Shown here: piece after piece, positions 14,721 through 27,421 of the stretch
Position numbering within the stretch: the stretch's first letter is position 1
How the letters are laid out: each line of letters begins with the position of its first letter
Source: the human T2T-CHM13v2.0 reference genome, Homo sapiens
Length of the DNA: 64,000 nt
NCBI RefSeq assembly: GCF_009914755.1
Contig: NC_060926.1
Strand: one strand, 5' to 3'
Translations under genes and position numbers: made by a program
The notes under the pieces: generated by a model
Database searches by the model: none
What the model saw: only the letters and a program-made list of their open reading frames with translations
What the model was told of the DNA's origin: nothing

Positions 14721-17472
14721 AATAATTTCTCTCACAGTATGTTCTGCGAAACATCAATACAGTATGTGATCACAGAAAAAGGGCTCCTTTCAAATGGGAG
14801 GCTAGGTATTTTTAAATGTAGGTACAAAGATAACAACTACCTATCAGTGTCTGATCTGTTCCCAGTATAGCAGACAGGTCCAATAATTCCTTGGAGTCTA
14901 AGGACCTCGAGGAAGGCCCAATCAGTAATCTGGGAAATGCTTCCAAAGTCTATCAACATCCTTGATTAGAGAATCTCAGAAGTCATTTAACACAAATGCT
15001 GATAGGATAATGGACACTTTTTATACTTCTAAAGAAATGATATAGTTTATAGCCAGAGCCTGCTGAATGTCCTCATTTTCTGCCGGAAGTCAATCTGGAA
15101 CTTCAAAACTATACATCTTCCATTAAATACATGGAGGTGAGGCTTTGGGTTCACAGTATCTTTGCAAGCTCTAAATTAGGAACTGGAAATTCAAATACCC
15201 TAAGAATCAGATGAATCACAGCTGACAAAATTCTGGCTGAGTTTCCAGAACAAGGTGTCCCATGCGTACCCTTCCCCCAACCTCCTCAAGACATCTTACA
15301 AAACTAGTCACTAAGTTAGACTCAAATATTCCACATTTGAGTTGGCTGCTGGCTGGCATTTTGAAAGCCAGCTTCTCTATGTAAATGCAGCACTCAAATG
15401 AAAAATGTAACAACTAGTTGTACATCTTACAGCCAGAACATATTTTAGTTAAAAGCAATATAAATCAAAACATTCATAGAATCTAGATTATGCATTTCTC
15501 ATCCTTTTTCTATCTTATTTGTATCCGACTCTTTTTTTTCTTGCTCTTAAATTTTAGGGGTAAATTTACCTACTTTATATTTGGAATGTGGGAGGAACAA
15601 TTTTTTAGCTATTTTTATACCTGTGTAATTTCAAAACCAAAGCAGAACAATATCATATTTATCAACATACTATTCAATCTTAATAAAGTCCTGTTATAAT
15701 ATCTTGCATAATTTGCATAGTTCTTTATATTGTAGCTCTGATTCAAGGAGTTTCACAGACACACATAGTTATTCAAAATATTACAGCTGAACTGATGAAA
15801 AGCACCCATAACAAATGGTAACAGTGTACTTCAGTTACAAGATCTGCCTCACCGTTCTTATAACACTGCACTCTACACTAGTAATAATTTAAGAATTTGA
15901 GTTATAAAAATTAGAAATCAATTTTAAGTAGATTATTTTAAGTCCTTAAACTGTGTGAAAATGAAACAATCCAAGCAGTCTTCATGTAACATGTATGCTA
16001 GCTTAGCTTTCAGGAAGCCCCTTAAGTATATTTAAAGACATATGCAGTACCTCTCTAGTGAGTGTCTCTGTATACCATATGCCAGGCACACACCCTTCCA
16101 GGAGTAAACATCTGAACCTTAGAATCTTATCAAAATAAACCACAACTGAGACTCATGGCAATCATTTTATTCCTTATTGCTGGAATTGACTCTCTCTTGT
16201 GGCCACTGGCACAGTTCTGTAAGCATAAGGACCAGCTCTCACCACTGAGAACAGCCTGGCTTTGACCCTGCAGACACTGCTAAAAGCAAGGAGAAAATCT
16301 ACTTCCCCCGAGTTCGCCTTATCTTAAGAATCATGGCTATTCAGAGAGGGGAGGTATCTGCTGGCTGGGCACATAACCACCACCATTGCGATCGGTCCCA
16401 GGGAGGGCAGTGAAGCAAAAGGCCACCATGAACATCACCAATGAGAGCACCTTCTGTTCCAGAGACTGGAGGGGCATGCTCTTACCATATCCCAGTGATG
16501 GGTTACATGTCCCAATCCTTGGCCAACTGGTCCACCAGTCAAGGGTTAGTGCTCTTTCTGCACTCAGGATTCCAGCATCTAGTGAGGGCATGAATCTACT
16601 CCCTTCCACATTTTGTAAGTCTTAGCAATGGAAAGTAAGGGCCTTCATTATATCCATCCTAATCCTGATCACAGCTTTCAGAATTCCATTAGTTTCACTT
16701 GTTTCCCCAAAAGACACTCCCAAAATTTCTAATTAAAGTATAACACATGTATAGAAATGTGCACATATCATACATGTAGATCAATGGATTTTCACATATT
16801 TTACACACCGTAAAACCAGTAGCCAAAGTTGATTTTTAAATACAGACACATGGGGTCTGTTTTAGCTTGACTAAAAATGGCAAGACTTGGCCTCCAAGCT
16901 ACTATCATCCATGTAAAGGAAATGCTCCTCTTAGCATTCCCACCCCTGCCCGGTCAACATATCTTTTAATAAGGAGGCTGTCATCAGAAATGTAAAAATC
17001 TCACATTGCTAATCCCTGTTCCCACCACTCCTCTCACTATTATATGTGGTGGGAATCACAACGTGATGACATTTGGAGAGATCCCAAAAATTATTCTGGC
17101 CTGGCCATGACAATGGAGCACATCTAAGACACAAGTTGGTCTCATTCGCACTTTCCTTTATCTTCTCAGTCTCCACAGAGACCTCTGGGTATTTGAAGGC
17201 AGTCATGGAAGCCCTCTTAGCTTAGCTTCTCAAGCTTTCTCCACAAAACTAACATTTAAATCTTTTATTTGCTCCTATTGCTAGACATTTTGTTGAAGTG
17301 CTGAAGGTCTTCGTCAAAGCAACAGTACAGGAATTAAAACCCAGGAGACTGATTGCAGTGAAACTATTCCCACATATGAAAGCCAACACACATCTCCAAA
17401 GGAAGACGACCAACAACAGCTCCTTCAGAGCCTCACCAGCATCTTCAGAGGTGTGCTTTAAGAATGGCTTCA

Positions 17473-17771
17473 GGCTGAGCGCAGTGGCTTATGGCTGTAA
17501 TCTTAGCACTTTGGGAAGCCGAGGCAGGAGGACTGCTTGAGCCCAGGAGTACGAGATCAGCCTGGGCAACACAGTGAGACCCTACCTCTACAAAAAAATA
17601 AAAAATTAGCCAGGCATGATGGCATGCACCTGTAGTCCCAGCTACTCAAGAGAATGAGGTGGGAGGATCACTTCAGCCCAGGAGGTCCAAGGCTGCAGTG
17701 AGCCATGATTGCACCACTGCTCTCCAGACTGGGCAACAGAGGAAGACCCTGTCTCAAAAAAAATAAAAAAA
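17473..17771 (+). mobile_element. AluJ
   Basis: Full dimer with J-type features. Confidence 0.93.
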
Positions 17772-17879
17772 GAATGTCTCCCAATTGCATGCTTTCATCA
17801 ACTTGTGTGAATATACACTCAGACAATTCAGTAATACAGATGGAACCAAATCACCTCTCTAAACCACCCTTCATCCTTC

Positions 17880-18260
17880 CCCACTCTGCTATTGCACTGC
17901 ATGGCTAACCGGTAAGCTCTGCTCTTTGGCTTCTGGCTGAGTTTGGCCAAAAGGCACCCTAGCAGGGATCAGAGTAAGGGAGACTAAGATTAGGGTATTT
18001 ATTCTCTGGCTTCCTCCTTGTGGGATGCTTCAAAGCTGGCTGTATCCATCCACAGGGAAAGCTGCATCCTTCTCAAGGTAGCTTTCTGGATGCAACTCAG
18101 TCCTCCCAGGTTCCTATAACCACACCCTTTCTGGGAGTGCACTTACTAGCCATGGGGGTACAGCACTATCCCTTGTGGTTTCCTTGCACCCTACCAATAC
18201 CTTTTCATTTTATTAAACCCTCTCAATTTATCCTAATTTGAGCATGTTGTCAGGGACACT
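17880..18260 (+). mobile_element. ERVL LTR (LTR33-like)
   Basis: ctctttggcttctggctgagtttggccaa...gggtatttattctctggcttcctcc...ttattaaaccctctc. Confidence 0.55.
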
Positions 18261-18893
18261 CTCTCCACCCCCACCCCCAGAACTTACAGTTCCTCGTACC
18301 TTTTACAAATACTGCTGTTCCTTTTACCTTTTAAAAAATATTGCTACTGAATCATGCAAATGTTTCTTTGAATTGGAAGCTCATGGAGATGAATCATAAA
18401 TGAGAAAGGCAGAGAATAAAAATGAAATTCGGATGCTCATGGCTAAGGCCAAACGTAGCAGTAACTTGCAACTGTCATCAAGACCTGCATACAAATCATG
18501 AGAACACTAACATTTCCCTAAAACACAAAACGTCTTTGTGACATTCTCTAGCATTGAAATTTTATGTTCATTTAAGTTTTATGGGTGTATTATCATTCTA
18601 ATCCATCAGCGACTTGGGACTTCAAACCATATCATAAAGCAACATCAAACAAACGCTTGAAAGAAATTGGGAAGCAAATCTGGTCTACAAGTAGATAAAG
18701 TTCTCACCATTTGGGTCAGAGAGCAATCCAATCTCTGTTTTGGAGATTCTCCCAACTCCCAACTGTTTTGTAAGCTGTCAAGAACCATACAAATTATACG
18801 ATTATACCACTCTTCAGGTTTATTCCAGTTTTTTATAGTACTAACCTTGGAATTTGGCATCCTAAAAAGAATATTGCTCTAGAAAGAAACGTG

Positions 18894-19209
<316 letters not shown>

Positions 19210-19647
19210 CTAGGTCCACTTCTACTACAGATTGCGTCATTCTAAACAAGTGGCCTAATCTCTCTGGGCCTCAGCTGTTTCATCTTTGATATGATGAGGG
19301 CACATGAAACTTCCCAAGTTTTTGTGTGTTATTTTTAAACCAAAACAAATTATCACAACAGAGAGTAAATAAATTCTTCCTATAGAATCTGGAGGTCATA
19401 TCCTAAAGTTGCTCTCCACAATCAAGAAACTTCTTTGAAGTCTTACATTTCAAGTTAAAAAGGTTGAACTAAATTGGTTTTTTTCTGAACCAAAAAAGAA
19501 TGTATAATGTAAAAATGTTTTACAATGCTCACCAATATATATACGTCTTAAAATGTGTTAATCCTTTGATCCAGTAATTTTGCTTCTAAGAAGCTGTTTT
19601 GGAGAAATGCTCCATGTGTACACAATGATTCATGTAAAAGAATGTTG

Positions 19648-19966
<319 letters not shown>

Positions 19967-22129
19967 TTAACTGTAGCATTTAACTGTAGGACTGAAAAAT
20001 GAAAAATAGTCTAAATCTCTATCAGTGGGAAAAATTCATCATGGCTAAACCACGCTGCACAGCAATTATGTCACTTTTTATTAAGAAGAATCCATTGATA
20101 TGAAAAAAAATCCACAGTACATTTTCAGGTAAAGAAAGCAAGTCAGAATAATAATATTTATTATGATCTTATGTGCATTTTTAAAGATTACAAATATGAC
20201 ACGTTTGCTTGTAAGTACATTTTTCTAAATATTCCTGTTTGTCAATGCATAGAAATGGATATCCACTGAATTGTTAAGAATGGCTACCAGTGGGGAGGAC
20301 AGCAGATTAGGATGTCATCAAGGAAGACTTATTTTTTACACTCTATGGTTTTGTATTGTTTAAAGATTTTTCCCCCAAATATTCCCATTTCACTGAATTT
20401 GAGATATCAATATTTTTAAGATTCAACATTAGATTATGTACCACTAAGGGGAAAAAGCTGCCAATATAACTGCAAGACAACATTAGTTTTAAGATGTAGC
20501 CCTGTGTTAGACATGTTAAACATGGGAGGAAAAGTGTGCCCTTGGATCAATAAAGTACAAAATATGACTTTAGGGATATGACAATACAGAAAAATACCGC
20601 CATTGGCACTCTAGGAATATGCATTATGTTTTACGTACCAAATTTTTGGGTTTTAGTTAACTAAATATGAAATGTGACTATCATGTGGTCTTTTCTTTTT
20701 GAAATCTAATGTCTACCCAGCCTTCCTTGATCTGTGTGCTTTCATTCCTTACCCTGCTCTGCAATATCCTAGCACTTCACAAAGGGCCCTGTGCATCATA
20801 ATTAAATTTTCTGTGCTCCCCTACCTTATCAACTTCACCTTGGTTCCGTTCCTATATTCGAAGCGTTAACAACATGATCAAGTGAGATGATTTGAAAATT
20901 TGATCAACAGGTTCTTAATTCTATCACTTGGATCAATAGAACCATTGAATCAAGTAAACCCCAAGACATTAATCTCGAGGACATCATTTGAAGTTAGATG
21001 ATATTAAGCTATCAATAATAACTCTTTGGAAATAAGCTAGGGAACTAATCTGTTTATGCACTAACCATTTTAGCATGACATTCGCCATAGTTTTCTAGCT
21101 TGACAAATACTTGCCTCCAGCCCTTACTTCATGCGAACATTATTTAAAGGGATGTTTGAGAGATTGGGCTCAAGTCAGGACTGACTTTTTCTCTCTCATC
21201 TTTGCATCCTTTCACCTTATCATAGAGGGAACTTAACCAGGTGAGGCACAATTATTCCTTTTAAAAGTAATGAATGACTTTTAAAATTAATGACTGTCTC
21301 CTAGAATTGATTGTATTCCTGGGGTTTTTCAACTGATGAATTATTGGTTTTAGGACATCCCAAAGGATAATAATAATGAGCTGAAGAAAATTCTGTAAAG
21401 CAAGAAAACACTGAACAACAAATATTCTTGAAGATTAGGCAGGATAATCACAAAACAATAATTTAAAATATTTTTATATCAATACTCTGGTAGTGTAGAG
21501 CTCAGATACCTTAGCCAAGAAGGAAAAATAATTTAAAGCAGAATTACCTTTCCTCAATCATTAGTAAGAGTTAGGAGAAATTTACTTCTCAGAAAGCTTT
21601 TGCTTTTGATTTTTTTTTCTTAGAGATGAGACTCAAGTGCTTCCAAGCTCAAATCACTGTGGGCTGGAAGTGCACCATGGGTATTGGCAAGCGAACAAGC
21701 AATAGACAAAGCATCCTTTTTGGCTTCTAGAATTAAAAGTCTTAAATAAAACATTTTCCTTTTCAAACATCTACTCTACTCAAAGATATGTACCACATAT
21801 ACCTGCTTCCTTCAAAGATTCTGAATAGGCCAAACATCCAGACTCAAGGTCCGAACACTGATACCTTACTCAGTATGTACAAAACACCGTGGTAATTGAT
21901 CATTTTAAAAAGCAAATGGCATATGGTGACATTTTTATCTTAATTGAAGAAACTGCTTATCAGCAAAAAGTACAAAATTTTGCATGTGAAGAAACCTTAG
22001 AAAATGATCTACTCAAATGTCTTCATTTTATACGAGGGAAAAACTGAGGATTACAGAGTCAGAGATTAAGTGACTTGCCCATGGTCACTGTTAAGAAGTG
22101 GCAAAGACCAAGATTCCCAACTCCCAGCG

Positions 22130-22451
22130 TTCTTTCTTTCTTTCTTTTTCTTTTATTTATTTATTTTTTAAGATGGAGTTTTGCTTTTGTCACCCAGGCT
22201 GGAGTGTAATGGCGTGATCTTGGCTCACTGCAATCTCTGCCTCCCAGGGTTCAAGTGATTCTCCTGCCTCAGTCTCCTGGGTACCTGGGATTACAGGCAC
22301 CCACCACCACGCCCAACTAATTTTTATATTTTTAGTACAGATGGGGTTTCACCATCTTGGCCAGGCTGGTCTCAAACTCCTGACCTCACGATCCACCCAC
22401 CTCAGCCTTCCAAAGTGCTGGGATTACAGGTGTGAGCCACTGCGCCCAGCC
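22130..22451 (-). mobile_element. AluS inserted in a minus-strand MIR (~21990-22130)
   Basis: TSD ctcccagc(g/a)tt; MIR aaactgagg..ttaagtgacttgccca upstream. Confidence 0.93.
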
Positions 22452-22912
22452 TCCCAGCATTATTTCAATTACACTTTACCACATGCTTTTCTAAAACAAA
22501 ATACAATGAACTAATCATAAGGCCTTTGGGGATTACTGAATTCTTTCACCTGTCAACCACTATAAGATTGTTGGAAATCACTGTCAAAAACCATGCAAGG
22601 GCTCTGAAAATAAACCAAAAAACTTGGTGGGACTATCAGAACCTATAGAAGGAGGAGCATATTTAGTTACTGAAACTGTAAGTATATTCATTATATGTAT
22701 AACAATAATGGCAGATAATATATATCTGATTTTAAGGGCTTTATACACATTAACTAACTTAATCTTCAAAACCACCCAAAAAGTAAGTTCTATCATTATT
22801 GACAGGGATGAGGAAACCAAGGCACAGAAAGTTTAAGAAATATGCCCATGGCCACAAAGTAGGAAAGGGAAAGTCAGGATTCAACCCCTGGCAATATGGC
22901 GCTGTCTCCACA

Positions 22913-23227
22913 TTTTTTTTTTTTTTTTTTTTTTTTTGAGACAGGGTCTCATTCTGTCACCAAGCCTGAAGTGCAGTGGCATGATCAGGCCTCACTGAAG
23001 CCTCAACCTCCTGGGCTCAAGCGATCCTCCTGCCTCAGCTTCCTGAGTAGCTAGGACTACAGGTACATGCCACCATGCCCCACTAATTTTTTTTATTTTT
23101 ATTTTTTTGCAAAGATGGGGTTTTGCCATGTTGCCCAGACTGGTCTCAAACTCCTGAGCTCAAGCAATCTGCCCATCTGTGCCTCCTAAAGTGCTGAGAT
23201 TACAGGTGTGAGCCACCGCGCCTGGTC
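22913..23227 (-). mobile_element. AluJ inserted in a minus-strand MIR (~22700-22910)
   Basis: Poly(T) head, J-type sequence, TSD tgtctccac. Confidence 0.93.
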
Positions 23228-26200
23228 TGTCTCCACTTTCAATCATGACACTATTATACTACAACATTTTTTCATAATACAAAGTACAAAAAGTAAAATA
23301 GAAATTTTCCTGGCTGATAGATATGCCCAATAGAAGGCAAAATTTTTTAAGTCTTATGGAGATTTAAAAAGATCTAGAAACAATTTCAACTACAACCTTA
23401 TCACTCACCAAACTTTTCAACAAAGCTGCCAATAGAGTAATAACGTAGAAGGTCAGAATCTTTTTCCTATATGATGCTCAGGCTAAAAAGAAAAGAGAGA
23501 TTAAGGAATAACAGGCATAAGAAAGGCAAAATAAGAGAACTGTTGTTTTTTTTTTTCCACAAACTACACAGACAAGCTCCTGAGTAATTGACAGTTGCCA
23601 ATCTCCATGTCTGAGTGGATACCTTGGATCAACTCCTCTGAATGAAAAGGCTAAAAGCAAATTCAAAACATCCTGTTTTAAATATAAGACTTTTCAATAT
23701 TTCTCATGACAGACACAAAAGAAAAAAAAGGACACAGGAAGTACTGATAATGTGGCACCATTTAAAAAGAGAGGAAAATATTTATAACTAAAACTATATA
23801 GTTATGTTATAAAAGAATATAAAATGTAGAGCAAGAGCAAGTATTGGTCTATTTAGATGTCAAAAATTGTCACGTGAGCTATCTGGGCTACCTTCTTTTG
23901 GCATACCAATACATGCTGTAAAAATAGCCACACAGTTTTATCTTAGACTCACGCCCTTCAAAGTCTTAAAAAGCTCAAAGTTGTCATTATTTTATATGAA
24001 CTGTAAGCTCCTTTAGGTTTTACACACTAAGTTGTTCTGAGGGCAGGGCGCTAGCTTTACACGGCAGTGCCCCAGCCTCCTGTGAGAACTCGGGGATCCA
24101 CCCAATGAATGTATTTTTTCTAGTGTGGCAGGTTACAGCTGTTGCTGTTTTCACAGCCGCCAGAGCCTGATGCAAACACATGAAAGGCCCCTAAATCAGC
24201 CGACGTAGATGAGAACACAGAGCCTATATCTGTAGCGCTTCCTTGGTACAATTTTTAACTTAATGTTATGGATATCTGAGTTCATGGCTTCATGATTATT
24301 TTAAAGGACAAGTGGGAGAGGGAAGAGAAGAGAATGAACGATGATAACCAGTCCAGTTATATCCTCTTGTCCTCCTTAAGTGGCCTTGTTCACCTGGGTA
24401 AGAGACGGTAAAGGGGAGACAGTGACCAGAATGGGAGAACTGTTGACATAGAAATAAGGTCCAAGCTGAACCCCACAGAAAGAGAAGAGCTAAGGTAATG
24501 GGAAGCCTCCCCACCTTCACCCTAAAATAATGATTTTTCACGGTTATTGCTGACCCTTTTACAGAATGTCTTGCACCACAGAATAATGGAATGTCCATTG
24601 AGTACATACAAAGGGAGTCACAGGGCCATATTCTAAAATCCTGGATTGACTCATCATAATCTAATAATAATAATAACAGCAGCAGAAAAGGAGACATGGA
24701 AGTACCTGGCGAGGATTGATCCGAATTCTTGCCTCTGTGACTCAAAAATAGAAAATTAACAAGAAAGCAGCAAGATTGACAAGCTGGAACAGCAAATTCA
24801 TGGGATCTGATCGATTCAAGGAATTTCTCTCTTTGGCTCCATGCCAATTATATCTAGAAATAATTTCAATATATATTTTAGAAAACCATCATTGCTGATT
24901 GAAGAGAAAGCCCTGTTTGTCATTTACTTAACACACCCCTAGCCAAACACCAACACAGCTCAGCTGAGTAAAACAACTTGATTTTTCTCAGTCAAATTCC
25001 CTACACAAACCAGGAGCAACATTTGGTTTTCTTCTGTGGTCAGAGATGCCAACATCCAGTCCTTGGATTCTCTTACAGATCAGTCCTCATTCTCTATAAA
25101 TAGGCCAGAAAGACTTTTTGACTCCAGAAGAGATGCTCTGATCCACCAAACCATAGAGACCTCTGGCCTTCTTGTTTCCAAAAGAAATCTAATCCTTAAA
25201 TCCCTAAAGTGTCTTCTGAAGGCCCCTAAACATATAAATCCTTCTGTCTGAAGTTTATCCGCCTCCCTAGCAAGCACAAGGATATATCTTCATATTTAAA
25301 ATAACTTTACTATATCTTTGAAAGGAGCAATCCTTTATTCTCTTGAGGCTGCTTTGCCTTTCAACTCTCTTGGGTATCTTTGTTCACATCAAAAGCAGCT
25401 AATTTTCCATCTCCAAAAGCTCCACAGTAGACATCTCCCACTTAGCATTAACCATCAATTAGCGATGCATGGAACATATCTGTATATGAATGTAGGTGAA
25501 GGTACCAGGGTGAACAGTACGCATGCATGCAGAGGTGCACAGACATTGAGACAAACATACATAGTTCACAGCTTATAGAAAATAAATAGTTTAACACAAA
25601 GCTATTCTTATAATAATGTGTACGTACATGTAAATTTAAGTATGTGCTTTTATATATACACTCAGATATTGTTATACATACATATTAAGTTTGTAAAATT
25701 TACTTTGCTGTAACTTTTACATACATAAAATTTCTAACAGTATTAATCAATATATTATGATTCCTTTCTATGATTGAAAACACTTAAAGACTATATTTTC
25801 CTCTCTGGAAATTGCCCTGAATGATGATCTGATCATCTTTTTCACAGGAAAAGATCAGGTCCCTCTTTCTAAATGCTTTAGAATTTAAGCATTTGGAAAT
25901 GGAAGCAATTGTGTCAGAGAAATGAACTATTACTCCTATGTGCAACTAACCCCGGCATCACCGTACAATATACCCTAAGAATCCGTATTTCAAGCTACTC
26001 ACAATTCCAGAAGGTCCATGTAGGAGCTTTAAATTTTGCAAAGTGTCTCCTGTGCAGGCCAGTTCTAGTCCTAGTATGCTCAACATTTTCTCAAGTAAGA
26101 ACAGCATTTGACAGAATAGGGTGCAACACACAGTAGCAGGTTGAGACTGACCTATTTACATATATGTGGATTGATCATCTGAAAGGGTGTGTAGCAATAT

Positions 26201-26829
26201 ATTAACAGTGACTTTTTCTGGGTGGTAGGTTTTTGGTAACTTTCTCTGCTGCATCCATGGATCCCCATAAGAACATCCCTCGGTTTGTGTAATAAACCTG
26301 ATGAATGAAAAAATAAATCTATTTCCAGAATAATTCCACAAACATCAAAATACACAATGAATCCATTTATGAAATACACGTACACACTAAAGAGCAGGTC
26401 TAATGAAATCTACTGCAAATCAGATGAAAACACATAGTATAGTGTACATGGGGGGCTCAGTCCATGAAAAAAATCTTGGCCACTAGAACTTGTATTAACA
26501 CACAGTGGGGACAGTGAAGGTAGAATAGGCAGCTCTTATATAGCAGCTAATGTAGGAAGAGTCGATGTGCATGATCCACTGGAACCAGCCTGGGCTAGGT
26601 ATGGGTTCATCTGGAAGCACACACTCCATCATCTATGTCAGGGTAATACAAGAAGTAAGGTGACGTTCTGTGTGAAATCTCCTATTCGGAAGTGGGGCCC
26701 TGCTGTGGGGCACTGAATGATCTTTTGCACTTCCTTGTAATCCAGATTCTTAACTACCCTCCTGGACACCAAAGCAGAAGTTAATGGACTTGCCCAAAAA
26801 GGCTCCACAGGACTCAAGAATCTAAAATG

Positions 26830-26879
26830 TCCAGCCTGGGCGACAGAGCGAGACTCCGTCTCAAAAAAAAAAAAAAAAA
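26830..26879 (+). mobile_element. Extremely 5'-truncated young Alu (33 bp plus poly(A))
   Basis: tccagcctgggcgacagagcgagactccgtctc(A)n with perfect 14-bp TSD aagaatctaaaatg (26816-26829, 26878-26891). Confidence 0.92.
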
Positions 26880-27415
26880 GAATCTAAAATGCCTGACTCA
26901 AGTGTGTTTCGGCATGTTTCTTTTTCCTCTCTCTTCACATATAGAGTATGTGAAACACGGAGGTTACAAACTAAAATCTAGGGCACTGGGAGCATAACAT
27001 CTACTTTTGGACCAAACTCTTAAGAAAGCCTTGCATCACAGTACCAACATCTCTCTCCTACTGTGGGGATGTGAGGTGCTAACAGTGTATAATAATGGTT
27101 TACTCTTATTCGGAATAAAATAGTCCCTAGGCAAGATGATCTTATTACAAGCTTACTGTGTGAAAACATTGAAAATAATCACTTATCACAAGTTAACCCC
27201 CACACACCCCACAAAGACATTTTCAACAGCACAGAACGGTAGGACATATGCGGATGGTTCCCCAACCCCCACCCCCAACCGAAGTGCCGTACTCAGCTTT
27301 TAGTGCCTATATATTCTCGGACTGCAGCTGGCCATCTGAGAAAAGCCTTTCCACGCCTATCCACCAGACCTGTTCCGAGAGCTCTGCTTCCATCTGGACA
27401 ACCCCCCACACTTAC

Positions 27416-27421
27416 AGCCAT
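27416..27421 (-). CDS. CACNB4: Candidate Met-Ala start exon end (beta4e-like), ATG GCT|gtaagt
   Basis: Minus strand gcatttATGGCT|gtaagtgt is a phase-0 consensus donor 2.1 kb downstream of the beta4a exon. Candidate acceptors at 27435 and 27576. Confidence 0.55.

Noticed and set aside
16421-16625. Strong Kozak-like context (GGCCACCATG) opening a 65-aa plus-strand ORF (MNITNES...)
   Set aside because: No promoter, splice or homology support; a single such match in 64 kb is plausible by chance.
24296-24847. 183-aa minus-strand ORF in unique DNA
   Set aside because: No recognisable homology, the Leu run comes from a simple repeat, and there is no supporting gene structure.
25866-25899. 13-bp AT-rich stem-loop
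   Set aside because: Too short for a pre-miRNA and mismatched on the transcribed strand.
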